From: Candidatus Kapaibacterium sp.
Lineage (GTDB): Bacteria > Bacteroidota > Ignavibacteria > Palsa-1295
DNA length: 52,432 nt
Assembly: GCA_038240295.1 (NCBI GenBank)
Contig: JBBSDW010000004.1
Coordinates: forward strand, 1-52,432
Direction of reading: 5' to 3'
Every line of letters begins with the position of its first letter. Position 1 is the stretch's first letter. The notes under the pieces are model-generated. The model did not search any database, was not told the origin of the DNA, and worked only from the letters and a program-made list of their open reading frames with translations. Positions 18,053 to 27,875 of the stretch are shown here, in pieces. The position numbers and the translations under genes were made by a program.

Positions 18053-21000
18053 ATGAAACGATTGATTCGCCTCCGCCTGCTTTCCGTCCTGCTTCCACTG
18101 GCCATGCTGGCACTATGGTCGCCAGGGCAGTCGCGCGCACAGGGACATGGAGTGAGTTCGCTTGGAACAGACTTCTGGATGGGATTTATGCCCGATTACA
18201 CGATTCCTGTGCAGCACGTATACGTGTTTATCTGCTCTGGTACCGCAAATACCGTCATTATTGATGTGTTGGGCGGCGGAAACGGCGGACCTATTCAATC
18301 GCTGAGACGCACGTTGGTCGCTGGTGAAGCGCAAACGATTGAGCTTGATGTCGCGAAGGTCGAGACTCGAAGAACCGAGACACCGGACTATCGGGCAGTC
18401 CACGTAACGTCAACAAATCCGCTCGCAGTCTATGGATTCTCGAATCTGACTGCAACAAGCGACGGTTACCTGGCATTGCCAACTCCTGCGCTCGGAAAAG
18501 AGTATTACACCGCGAATTATTACGACGATTGGTATTATTCGCCCTCCGAACCTTTGGCAGGCGAGTTTCTGATTGTTGCGCCATACGACAATACGACTGT
18601 CAAGTTGACTACTACGAGTGACACGCGTTCGGATGCCACAGGCCTAAATATCAGTCACACTGCTTACCAGCCCTGGTCGGTCACTTTAATGAAGGGCCAA
18701 ACGTATCTTGTGCAGGCGCCTGGCAGGGATAAGGGTAATGATATTACGGGTTCTCACCTGGTCAGCGATAAGCCGATCGCATTGTTGAGCGGGCACCAGC
18801 GCTGTTCAATTCCTAACGACGTGGTCGATGATCCAGGCAATTCAAAGGATCTCCTCATCGAGATGATCCCATCGCTCGACAAGTGGGGAACGCAATATTT
18901 TGATGCTCCAATGATCGGACGAACTCTTTGCGGAGACTATATACGTCTTATCGGGGGACACGATGGGACAGAAGTGTCGGTAGACGGCCTAACGAACGTG
19001 TACTTGAACGCAGGAGATTTTTCCGAACAGACCTACGTACTTTCTCCCCAAGTCTATACGTCGATCAATAATGACGGTTCAAGGAGCACGAAGGGCTTCC
19101 TAACCGAGGAGTACGCATATTCTCAAGGCGTTCACAACGATCCATTCCCTGCAGATCCCTTCATGATCAATATGACTCCGCAGGAGCAATTCCAGAAGAT
19201 CATTATCTTCCGTACACCGATCAACAAGAATTCAAATGGTGATTTTACTCACTATTCCACATTCATTGGTGAAGCAGATTCATTACTGAATATTCAACTG
19301 AATGGCAAATCCCTCTTGAGTTGGGGAGCTACTGCGCCCAAAATCTTCAATCACACCAGCAATCCTGTGATGGGTGCTGTTCAGATCAAGTTAACACCAG
19401 GAGAATTCACCTACGTCGCGAAATCGGGCGCACCGTTCGGTCTCTATCTCTATGGGTTTACAGCCGTAGATGGTTATGGATGGCCGGCCGGAATGGCGCA
19501 GAACATTCCTTCGCGTGACACGCTTCCCCCGTTACAGGATACGATCGCGTCATGCGGTGATTATACTGTAAAGCTCTTCGAACTTCGCCACATTCCCGCT
19601 TTCTCCTTCGAGGATACTCGTATCTCGAGCGTGTCGATGATCACCGATCCCGCCGATACACGCTGGCATATTCCAAGCTTCAATTATACATTCTCCTTGA
19701 GTCCCGCCTTCGTGACTGGTGACTCAACGACTAACTTCACGCTTAACGTGATCGATCCGGCGAAGGATGCGTATGCTGCGATCTACACCATCGATCAGGC
19801 GGGTAACGACACGGTCTATCAATATTCTTACTCGGCGCCGAAGTTTACGCTTTCTCCGAAGCCGGACTGGAATTACGGCAACGTATTGGTCGGACACGAT
19901 AGCTGCATGACCATAACGTTGACGAACGCGCAGGCTTCGCAGCTCAAGTTGCAGGGGATCCATCTCCAACAGACTGCCAAGGGAGGGACATTTACTGTCA
20001 GCCCAAACTCGGATCAGACTGTCAACGTAGGAGGGACGCTGCAATTCAATCTTTGTTATACCCCGAGCGATACTGGTGCTCTCAACACCTCGTTCGATTC
20101 GCTGCTCTTCCAGACCGGATGTGTGCCATGGAAATTTGCGATGCAGGGTGTTGGCGTCACGCCGCTTATCTATGCGACTGATATTAACTTTGGCGTTGTA
20201 CTTCCAGGGAATACTTCCTGCAAGGATCTGATCGTCACAAACAAAGGCACTGCCGATCTTGTGATCAACAAGCAAGACCTGCCGAACACGACAGAATTTA
20301 CCGTGACTCCACCAAATGGATTCCCGATCGTTCTGAAGCCAGGCGAGTCGATCAAGCTTAACGCCTGTTTCCATCCGTCGAAGCAGGGTTCGTTCCAGAC
20401 AACCGATCTCTTTTCGACGCTCAACCCTGCCAAGTTCGCTCGCTCGATCAAAGACACCTCGGTGTTGATCGGCCAGTCGTTCCTGCCGGGTGCCCGCCTG
20501 ACTTCCTATACTGAAGGATTCCTCGCCAAGTGCGGCGAAACGCCAGTGATCATCGACACCGTCTATGATCCTGAACAGGTTGACGACGTTATCACGAGCG
20601 CCGACATCTCAGGTCCGGACGCTGCAAGCTTCTCGATCGTGGGATTTACGCCAGGCAATGGTAGTTATCCAGTCGCGCTCGCAAAACAGCCTGCGCCGGG
20701 TATCTTCTATACACTGAAGTTCGATCCGACAGTCAAAGGGATGCTCGCAGGGGTTCGCACTGCTTATCTCAACGTGCATACGCAGTCGGGCATATTACTC
20801 ACCGCAACGCTGACCGCCGATAGCAAATCGGCAGTGCTCACCGTCACGCCGGGTTCGGCTTCAACAGTGAACTTTGGCACGACGCTGATCAATCAGACGT
20901 TGCCCGGCCAGTTCATTGTGAAGAATACCGGTAACGATGATTTGGTGGTTTCGTCCATCACACTTTCAGGAGCGGATGCGCCGTCATATTCACGGACCAC

Positions 21001-22273
21001 TGCTACGCCAACGCCATATACGCTGGTCCCGGGTGCACAGCAGATTGAACTGTATACATTTACAGCAGGTACGGTTGCGCGTCAATATACTGCGACGGCA
21101 ACGGTGAACGTCTCTGCAAATAATTGCACAACCCCACAGCAGCAGAATTTCATTGCAGCTGCCACGTCGACTGGCTATGATGCGCAGGCACCAGACTATA
21201 GCACGGTTTATACTTGCCGCACGAAGGACCTGACCGCAAGCTTCACCAATTTCAGTTCGAGCGATACTGCCTACCTCGAGTCGGCAGTTCCGACCAACAT
21301 TAACGGTTGGCTGAATGCAAGTGACTTCCAGCAGGTCCCTGTGATCAGCACCATTCAGGTTGCGCCGGGGCAGACGGTCACGTTGCCGGTCCGTTTCATT
21401 CCAACGGCGACTGGTGTGCGCAATGCGGGGCTCGTATTTACCTACACTACTCCGAAGGGTACGGATACTCTTATCAGAGAGTTGACGGGTATTGGAGCGA
21501 ATGTCGCCGAAATCGTCGGAGTCGGAACGGTGGCAAGCGTGCCACAGGGTTATTCGGGCCATGCGGGCGATCCGATCAATGTGCCGATTCTGATCAGTAC
21601 ACCATTCCAGACCGCAACCAATGAGGTCTATGGATATGATTTCTCGGTTAGCTGGTTCGAGGATGCGTTCACGTTAGAGAACAATGGCCTGCCCGTTGCC
21701 CCGAGCGGGATCACGTTCACACAAACGAAGGACGCTGTTGACCCTGTCACGCATATCGAGACATTCACCTTCCATGCAACAAGTGCAAATCCGCTAACAA
21801 CGGAGACCACGCTTGGAACATTGAATCTCAAGGTCGATCTCGATACAAATTCCGCGACGGGCATTACGCTCAGCAATGTCAGCTTCAATGATAATCTGGG
21901 ACAACCAATCTGCTACATCGCAACGACGCAGCAGGGTGGTAACTTCAGCTTTATCAAGAACTGTGGTGATCAAACGATTCAGAACGATCTTGCCGGCAAC
22001 AAGCTCCAGCTGAACATTGCCCAGATCGACCCGAATCCTGTTCGCTCAAAAGCGCAGATCAACTATCGGGTAAACAAATCGCTTACGAATGTCACGCTTG
22101 GCGTCTTCGATGCGCTGGGCAATCGGGTCGCGAATCTTGTCGATGGCAGAACGCTGAATGTCGGAAGCTACGTCGCTAATTTCGATGGTTCAAAGCTCGC
22201 CTCGGGCTCGTACTTCATCCGTCTGACGGACGGTACGACCACCGTGACGAAGGAGCTGATCCTTTCGAAGTGA
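18053..22273 (+). CDS. Second large T9SS cargo protein, paralog of 12782..16996 (IgGFc-binding + Ig-like repeats + cohesin-like + CTD)
   Basis: ATG at 18053 gives a signal peptide (SRA-Q); SLGTDFW, TSDGYLALPT..LGKEYY, EMIPSLDKWG, ADPFM, YLYGF...GYGWPAG; C-terminal DPNP...VFDALGNRV...LASGSYFIRL...LILSK. Confidence 0.85.
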   Translation: MKRLIRLRLLSVLLPLAMLALWSPGQSRAQGHGVSSLGTDFWMGFMPDYTIPVQHVYVFICSGTANTVIIDVLGGGNGGPIQSLRRTLVAGEAQTIELDVAKVETRRTETPDYRAVHVTSTNPLAVYGFSNLTATSDGYLALPTPALGKEYYTANYYDDWYYSPSEPLAGEFLIVAPYDNTTVKLTTTSDTRSDATGLNISHTAYQPWSVTLMKGQTYLVQAPGRDKGNDITGSHLVSDKPIALLSGHQRCSIPNDVVDDPGNSKDLLIEMIPSLDKWGTQYFDAPMIGRTLCGDYIRLIGGHDGTEVSVDGLTNVYLNAGDFSEQTYVLSPQVYTSINNDGSRSTKGFLTEEYAYSQGVHNDPFPADPFMINMTPQEQFQKIIIFRTPINKNSNGDFTHYSTFIGEADSLLNIQLNGKSLLSWGATAPKIFNHTSNPVMGAVQIKLTPGEFTYVAKSGAPFGLYLYGFTAVDGYGWPAGMAQNIPSRDTLPPLQDTIASCGDYTVKLFELRHIPAFSFEDTRISSVSMITDPADTRWHIPSFNYTFSLSPAFVTGDSTTNFTLNVIDPAKDAYAAIYTIDQAGNDTVYQYSYSAPKFTLSPKPDWNYGNVLVGHDSCMTITLTNAQASQLKLQGIHLQQTAKGGTFTVSPNSDQTVNVGGTLQFNLCYTPSDTGALNTSFDSLLFQTGCVPWKFAMQGVGVTPLIYATDINFGVVLPGNTSCKDLIVTNKGTADLVINKQDLPNTTEFTVTPPNGFPIVLKPGESIKLNACFHPSKQGSFQTTDLFSTLNPAKFARSIKDTSVLIGQSFLPGARLTSYTEGFLAKCGETPVIIDTVYDPEQVDDVITSADISGPDAASFSIVGFTPGNGSYPVALAKQPAPGIFYTLKFDPTVKGMLAGVRTAYLNVHTQSGILLTATLTADSKSAVLTVTPGSASTVNFGTTLINQTLPGQFIVKNTGNDDLVVSSITLSGADAPSYSRTTATPTPYTLVPGAQQIELYTFTAGTVARQYTATATVNVSANNCTTPQQQNFIAAATSTGYDAQAPDYSTVYTCRTKDLTASFTNFSSSDTAYLESAVPTNINGWLNASDFQQVPVISTIQVAPGQTVTLPVRFIPTATGVRNAGLVFTYTTPKGTDTLIRELTGIGANVAEIVGVGTVASVPQGYSGHAGDPINVPILISTPFQTATNEVYGYDFSVSWFEDAFTLENNGLPVAPSGITFTQTKDAVDPVTHIETFTFHATSANPLTTETTLGTLNLKVDLDTNSATGITLSNVSFNDNLGQPICYIATTQQGGNFSFIKNCGDQTIQNDLAGNKLQLNIAQIDPNPVRSKAQINYRVNKSLTNVTLGVFDALGNRVANLVDGRTLNVGSYVANFDGSKLASGSYFIRLTDGTTTVTKELILSK

Positions 22274-22306
22274 TCCGATGACGAATTAGGTGCTTAAGCA
22301 CAAACT

Positions 22307-22340
22307 GGCCCTCCATTTGTAATGAATGGAGGGCTTCTTC
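22307..22340 (+). terminator. Rho-independent terminator
   Basis: ggccctccattt-gtaat-gaatggagggct followed by a pyrimidine tract. Confidence 0.75.
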
Positions 22341-22444
22341 TCGTTTATCACGCTCATCGCTTTCATAGGAGCGATATTTGCATTGCACAAGTAACAACTT
22401 CGGAGCAATTCTGAAAAGATCATAACCTTTAATTTTAGCGTACG

Positions 22445-23581
22445 ATGGCGAACCGGTGGCTGGAACTTGAAAAATTTGAACAAAGCTTGTGGTACGATAA
22501 CATGAGTAGAAGCCTTGTGTCGTCCGGCAATCTCAAAAAGATGATTGACGAAATGGGCGTGAAAGGAATCACGTCGAATCCGTCGATTTTTGAAAAGTCG
22601 ATCTCGGCTGGTAAAGATTATGACTCCGACATCCAAAAGCTTCTGGGCGATGGGCTCGATACCGATGCGATTTATGAACGGTTGACGACCGATGATATTC
22701 GTAATGCTGCCGATGTACTCCGCGTCGTCTACGATCGCACAAAGGGCGAGGATGGCTTCGTGAGCATCGAAGTCGACCCACGGCTCGCCAACGACACCGC
22801 CGGCAGCCTTGAGGCTGCAAGACGGCTCTGGAAGACGATCGATCGTCCCAATCTGATGATCAAGATCCCAGGCACCCCTGCAGGAGTCCCAGCGATCGAG
22901 CAACTGCTCACCGAGGGTATCAATGTAAACGTCACCCTACTTTTTGGCATCACTAGTTATAGGCAGGTAGCCAACGCGTACTTGACAGCGCTTCGAAACA
23001 GGAAGAATGCTGGACAAGACATCACGAAGATCGCGAGCGTCGCAAGTTTCTTCCTTTCGAGAGTTGATACGAGCATCGACAAGAAGATCGAGACCCGAAT
23101 CTCGGAAGCACCTACGGCGAGCGAAAAAGCCGAGTTGAAATCACTCGAAGGCAAGGCCGCGAATGCGAACGCGAAGGTTGCCTATGAAGAGTTTGGGAAG
23201 ATCTTTCACGGCAGTGAGTTCAAGCAATATCTCGCGCTCGGGGCGCGCCCACAACGCTGCCTTTGGGCGAGCGTCAGTACAAAGAATCCGGCATACTCCG
23301 ACGTGCTCTATATCGAGCCATTGATCGGCGCTCAGACTGTGACCACCGTTCCGGATGAGACCATTAAAGCGTTTGCCGATCATGGAAATGCGGCAAACAC
23401 GCTCTCCGATGGTTTAGAAGAAGCGCACCAAACCATCGACGATCTGAAGATCCATGGAATCGATACGGAGGAGGTAGCCGATGAATTGCAGGTCGAAGGT
23501 GTCCAAAAATTTACTGACGCCTTTGAGGCGCTCTCGAAGAATCTCGACAAAAAACGCAAGGAGATCGAGGCTGTCGCCTGA
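22445..23581 (+). CDS. tal: Transaldolase (type 2)
   Basis: SLWYDN, GITSNPSIF, GFVSIEVDP, catalytic NLMIKIP, NVNVTLLF, SVASFFLSRVDT, QRCLWAS. Confidence 0.95.
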   Translation: MANRWLELEKFEQSLWYDNMSRSLVSSGNLKKMIDEMGVKGITSNPSIFEKSISAGKDYDSDIQKLLGDGLDTDAIYERLTTDDIRNAADVLRVVYDRTKGEDGFVSIEVDPRLANDTAGSLEAARRLWKTIDRPNLMIKIPGTPAGVPAIEQLLTEGINVNVTLLFGITSYRQVANAYLTALRNRKNAGQDITKIASVASFFLSRVDTSIDKKIETRISEAPTASEKAELKSLEGKAANANAKVAYEEFGKIFHGSEFKQYLALGARPQRCLWASVSTKNPAYSDVLYIEPLIGAQTVTTVPDETIKAFADHGNAANTLSDGLEEAHQTIDDLKIHGIDTEEVADELQVEGVQKFTDAFEALSKNLDKKRKEIEAVA

Positions 23582-23606
23582 TCCAAATTCACACTCACCA
23601 CATCCC

Positions 23607-25214
23607 ATGATCTCGACGACGACAGAAGTTCAGGAAGCAGTTCAGGATAGTATCGAAGGTTTGGAAAAAGTAAAGCTGCCAGACGCCCTTTGGAATCGCG
23701 ACTTGTCGGTTTGGAAAGGCCGCGATGAAGCCGCGTTGAAGTCGATCTCGACGAGGTTGGGCTGGCTCGATTGCCCGAAGGATTTTCTGGCGAAGGCGGG
23801 TGAACTGAAGTCGTTTGCCGATGCCGTGCGCTCCGATGGCTTCACGCATGTCGCAGTGCTTGGTATGGGCGGCAGCAGCCTCTGTGTTGAAGTGCTCCGA
23901 GATGTGTTCGGAAGCGCTGAGGGGTATCCGGAAATGCACGTCCTCGATAGCACGCATCCCGATCAGATCAAAACGCTTGAATCGAAGCTCGATCTCGCGC
24001 GTACGCTCTTTGTGGTCTCAAGCAAATCGGGTTCGACGCTCGAACCAATTTGTTATCACGAGTATTTCTGGTCGCGGGTCAAAGAAACAATCGGCAAAGA
24101 GCCTGGCGCTTCGTTCGTCGCGGTCACGGATCCAGGCTCCGATCTCGAAAAAATGGCGAACGAGCAGAACTTTCGACGAGCATTCATCAATCCGCCCGAC
24201 ATTGGTGGCAGGTTTTCTGTGCTCAGTTATTTTGGGATGCTTCCTGCGGCGCTCATCGGAATCGACTTACCTGAGTTGCTGAAGCGGGCACTTGCTGAAG
24301 CCGAAAGCACGAAAAGCGAGTCGAGCATTGCTGCACAATTTGGCGCACAAATGGCGACACTCGCAAAAGAAGGTCGGGACAAACTAACGATCGTCACTTC
24401 GCATTCGCTAAAAAGTTTTGGCTACTGGGCCGAACAGCTCATCGCTGAGAGCACCGGTAAACATGGCAAAGGAATTTTGCCCGTCGAGGGTGAGTCGCTC
24501 GTCGAAGGAAGTTACGGCGACGATCGGTTCTTCATCACCTTGCGAATGAACGATGAAGCCCTCGACGTTCCGCAGCCGGAAGGTCCAACGACCGAGTTTC
24601 TGCTTGCCGATAAATTTGACATCAGCGCGGAGTTCTTTCGGTGGGAGTTCGCAGTCTCTGTCGCAGGATGGCTGCTCGATATCAATCCCTTTGATGAGCC
24701 GAATGTCGCGGAGAGCAAGGCCAACACCAACAATGTGTTAGCCGGCAAGAGCACTTCGGACAACGCGCAAGATGTAAGTATCGATGTTGGCGAGAAAGAA
24801 GTATCCGAGCGTTTGCACGATTTTCTCGATAAGAACGTGAAGCCAAATTCGTATCTTGCGATCATGGCCTATGTTGAACGCAACGAGGATAGCATGATCC
24901 AGCTCTCGATGCTTCGTGAGCGGATTGAATTAAAATATCAGTGTGCCGTGACGACAGGATTCGGACCGAGATTTCTCCATTCGACCGGTCAATTCCACAA
25001 AGGCGGACCGAACGAAGGAGTCTATCTTCAACTCACCGACACGCCGAAGTCCGATCTTGCGATTCCAAACAAGCCATTCACCTTCGGAACACTGATCAAG
25101 GCGCAGGCGGAAGGCGACAGACAGTCGCTACTTTCGAAATCGAAGCCGCTTCTGCATATCGAGCTTGGCAGCGAGCCAATCATTGCGATCGGTACGATCA
25201 CGTCGGCGTTTTAA
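23607..25214 (+). CDS. pgi: Glucose-6-phosphate isomerase (Tal/Pgi-fusion type)
   Basis: LGWL, LGMGGSSL, SSKSGSTLE, VTDPGS, IGGRFSVLS, EQLIAESTGK, INPFDEPNVAESK, FLHSTGQFHKGG; ATG at 23607 chosen as start. Confidence 0.9.
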   Translation: MISTTTEVQEAVQDSIEGLEKVKLPDALWNRDLSVWKGRDEAALKSISTRLGWLDCPKDFLAKAGELKSFADAVRSDGFTHVAVLGMGGSSLCVEVLRDVFGSAEGYPEMHVLDSTHPDQIKTLESKLDLARTLFVVSSKSGSTLEPICYHEYFWSRVKETIGKEPGASFVAVTDPGSDLEKMANEQNFRRAFINPPDIGGRFSVLSYFGMLPAALIGIDLPELLKRALAEAESTKSESSIAAQFGAQMATLAKEGRDKLTIVTSHSLKSFGYWAEQLIAESTGKHGKGILPVEGESLVEGSYGDDRFFITLRMNDEALDVPQPEGPTTEFLLADKFDISAEFFRWEFAVSVAGWLLDINPFDEPNVAESKANTNNVLAGKSTSDNAQDVSIDVGEKEVSERLHDFLDKNVKPNSYLAIMAYVERNEDSMIQLSMLRERIELKYQCAVTTGFGPRFLHSTGQFHKGGPNEGVYLQLTDTPKSDLAIPNKPFTFGTLIKAQAEGDRQSLLSKSKPLLHIELGSEPIIAIGTITSAF

Positions 25215-25240
25215 GCCCCTCATTTTGAAGGAGGGGTTTT
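25213..25240. terminator. Probable bidirectional terminator between convergent genes
   Basis: aagcccctc / gaggggttt stem between the pgi stop and the aminotransferase stop. Confidence 0.55.
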
Positions 25241-25257
25241 GGGGTGGTCGAACGTCG

Positions 25258-26580
25258 TTAATTAAGCTTTCGAATTGCGGCCTCGAGTTTTGGCAGCATT
25301 GTTTCGATCTCTTTGATCGAGACTGCTCCTGCTGAAAGTCTAAACCAGCCGGTTTCTTCGGTCGCACCAAACGCCTGGAAGGGTATGACGGCAAGGTTTG
25401 CTTCCGTGAGCAAATACTTGCGGATCTCTTCGTTCGTTTCGAGTCGGATGCCGTTTTGCGTCGTCCGATGCAAGAGTGAAAAATTAGCAGTCAAGTAAAT
25501 GGCGCCCATCGGAGGGATCGCATCGACGGGCAGACCCGCTGCTTTTAATTTCTTGATACCAGCATAGAGAAGTTCGAGCCGTGATTCCAGTTCGCCTTTC
25601 ATGTGCTTGTGATAGGCGGCGATCGCGCTCGTGTCTTTCAGCAGCGTGGCGGTTGCAACCTGCTCGGCACGAGGAGCCCAAGCGCCTACATGCCCCAGGA
25701 TGCTCGACATGCTCGAAGCAATATCGGGCGGCGCAACGGCCCAGCCGACACGAATACCGGTCGAAGCAAATGCCTTCGAAATGCCATCGATGAAAATAGT
25801 GTACTGCGCCATCTCTGGCCGTAAGCTTACAGGATTGACATGTTCGGTATTTCCAAAGGTCAGCATCCAATAGACTTGATCGTATGCGAGAAAGATCGGT
25901 CGGCCGCCTGCAGCAGCGCGTCGCGCATTCTCTTCTAAGATCAGATCGCAGATTCCGCCAAGTGCTTCGGCAGTAAACGCCGTTCCGGTTGGGTTAAGCG
26001 GAGAGCAGAGCGCAAGGAGTCTTGCGCCGGTGATCGCTTCTTCAAGATCGGCTCGCGTTGGAAGAAATGCGTTCTCCGCGGTGCAGGTGAAGGGATAACC
26101 GAAGGCCTGCGTCAGGTGGCAATAGTGATTATTGTTCCACGAAGGGACAGGGTAGACGACCTTGTCGCCTGGTTCGACGAGCGCACGATAGGTCGCATAG
26201 ATCGCCGGGCGAGCTCCGCTTGTAATGATAAAGCTTTCGATCGGATAGTCGAGACCAAGTTCGCGAAGATAAAATTCCTGCACGGCTTTGCGCAGAGCAG
26301 GAATACCATCCGAAGGCGGATAATTCGTCTCGCCTGCCTCGAGTGCCGACTCGATCCCTTTGCGCAACAAATCGGGAATCGGAAAATATTTAGGGTTGAA
26401 ATCGCCGACCGTAAGATTGCAGATCTCGGCGCCACCCGCAACCATCGCCCGAATATCGGCCGCGATCTTAAGGATCTCCGAACCGATCAACCCCGCAGCC
26501 ATCGTCGAAACGCGCGGGTTCGCTGGCGGTGGAAATTCCGGCTTTACAATTTGAAGTTCGGTCGCGATCTCTTGATTCAT
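25258..26580 (-). CDS. PLP-dependent aminotransferase class I/II (aspartate aminotransferase-like)
   Basis: NLTVGD, YPPSDG...LR, CSPLNPTG, YDQVY, PLP lysine motif GISKAFASTGIRVGW; start set at MNQE. Confidence 0.9.
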   Translation of the reverse strand: MNQEIATELQIVKPEFPPPANPRVSTMAAGLIGSEILKIAADIRAMVAGGAEICNLTVGDFNPKYFPIPDLLRKGIESALEAGETNYPPSDGIPALRKAVQEFYLRELGLDYPIESFIITSGARPAIYATYRALVEPGDKVVYPVPSWNNNHYCHLTQAFGYPFTCTAENAFLPTRADLEEAITGARLLALCSPLNPTGTAFTAEALGGICDLILEENARRAAAGGRPIFLAYDQVYWMLTFGNTEHVNPVSLRPEMAQYTIFIDGISKAFASTGIRVGWAVAPPDIASSMSSILGHVGAWAPRAEQVATATLLKDTSAIAAYHKHMKGELESRLELLYAGIKKLKAAGLPVDAIPPMGAIYLTANFSLLHRTTQNGIRLETNEEIRKYLLTEANLAVIPFQAFGATEETGWFRLSAGAVSIKEIETMLPKLEAAIRKLN

Positions 26581-26642
26581 GCTCGTTGATTCAAAATGAT
26601 TGACGGTTGCTTCATCCGTCACGCAAATATCGCACCGCGGCC

Positions 26643-27875
26643 TCAGTTCGTTCCGGAATTCATTCGTTCGAGTGCAAAGTGACGAATCAACGATGGAATC
26701 GTCCATTCGGAAGCGGCTGCTTCCACGGCGGTAGCCGATAGAATGGCGGCAATAAATCCGTGCTCAGGATGAAAGATAAGGCGGTGCAATGCACGCTCCG
26801 TTCGGGTGCCCTGCGTCATTGCGAATTCCGTGTCCGGCAATTGAAAGAGCGTATGCATCTGAAAACTTGTCGCCCCGCGTTTTAAGTACTCGAATGCTTG
26901 CCGCCCAGTAAGAATATCGCCGGTTGCGGAGAGTGGAAGCGATGGTCGGCAACTGGAGAGTGTAGCAATGTTGCGCGCGCTCAGATCGGGGCCGCCAAAC
27001 GCTACGCCTCGCTTACCTTCGAATTCTTTATTAGGATCGAACAATCGATTGCCATAGATAAGATAATCAGCGCGATGATCGGTATCTGCGTCGTCACACG
27101 ACTTCAACAACTCGACTTGAAAGTCGTCGCCAAACTGCGCATTGAATAATTTTAGTCCGACGCGAATGTTATCCACGCCGACAGCCCTGCGCATTAGTAG
27201 CGGCACCTCGCGAAGCCAATGCCGTATGGTCTGTTTCACGCTTGAGAAATGTGCGTCGCCGGCGAGTGTCGGCGAAAAATCTTTCTCGATCGGCATCGCA
27301 TCCGCCCGGTGTTTGCGCCAGACGTTGAGAAGGTGTGCAGTAGTATAGTTGTATTCCGATTCGCGCCAGATGGATTCGCCGGGCAGTGGTAAATGATACT
27401 TGCACGAAGGCACGACGAGCATTCCATGCTCGACTCCTGTTGCAAGCGATCGATCGAGGAGATCAAGATACTCCTGCATCGAACCGCTCCATCCGCGGCC
27501 TTTCCACGTCACGGTCCAACCTTCTTTCTCGATAGCATCTTCACGCAATGCCCGAATGCGTTCGACCTTCATTCGTGCCTCGGGGATGGCCCACGCTTTC
27601 ATGCTCTGCGCACCAGATTCGTCCTCGGCGATAAGTGTCTTGAGCACGACAAACCCGAGTCCCGCTTCCGCGTCGTGCAACACCTGCTGATGATTGAGCG
27701 ATAGCTGGCCCGATGCTTTCCCGAAAGGATTGTGAATTGCGTGACCGGCGTATCTACTCGTTAGATCGATCGCATACGTATCGAGAACGTATTGCTCGAG
27801 ATCCTGTGGCAAGCCGTGACGGAATTTGTCGTGATCGCTCGCCAATTGTTTTCGAAGCAGTTCGGTGGATCTCAC
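26643..27875 (-). CDS. Dihydroorotate/dihydropyrimidine dehydrogenase-like FMN TIM-barrel protein (divergent)
   Basis: NPFGKASGQLS, GFVVLKT, GGPDLS, LSATGDILTG..AFEYL..GATSFQMHT resemble DHOD/PreA FMN-binding segments; GTG start overlaps the upstream stop (GTGA). Confidence 0.6.
   Translation of the reverse strand: MRSTELLRKQLASDHDKFRHGLPQDLEQYVLDTYAIDLTSRYAGHAIHNPFGKASGQLSLNHQQVLHDAEAGLGFVVLKTLIAEDESGAQSMKAWAIPEARMKVERIRALREDAIEKEGWTVTWKGRGWSGSMQEYLDLLDRSLATGVEHGMLVVPSCKYHLPLPGESIWRESEYNYTTAHLLNVWRKHRADAMPIEKDFSPTLAGDAHFSSVKQTIRHWLREVPLLMRRAVGVDNIRVGLKLFNAQFGDDFQVELLKSCDDADTDHRADYLIYGNRLFDPNKEFEGKRGVAFGGPDLSARNIATLSSCRPSLPLSATGDILTGRQAFEYLKRGATSFQMHTLFQLPDTEFAMTQGTRTERALHRLIFHPEHGFIAAILSATAVEAAASEWTIPSLIRHFALERMNSGTN

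Noticed and set aside
23481-23606. Programmed frameshift producing a Tal-Pgi fusion
   Set aside because: It would need a +1 shift, no convincing shift site or stimulator was seen, and pgi has its own ATG.
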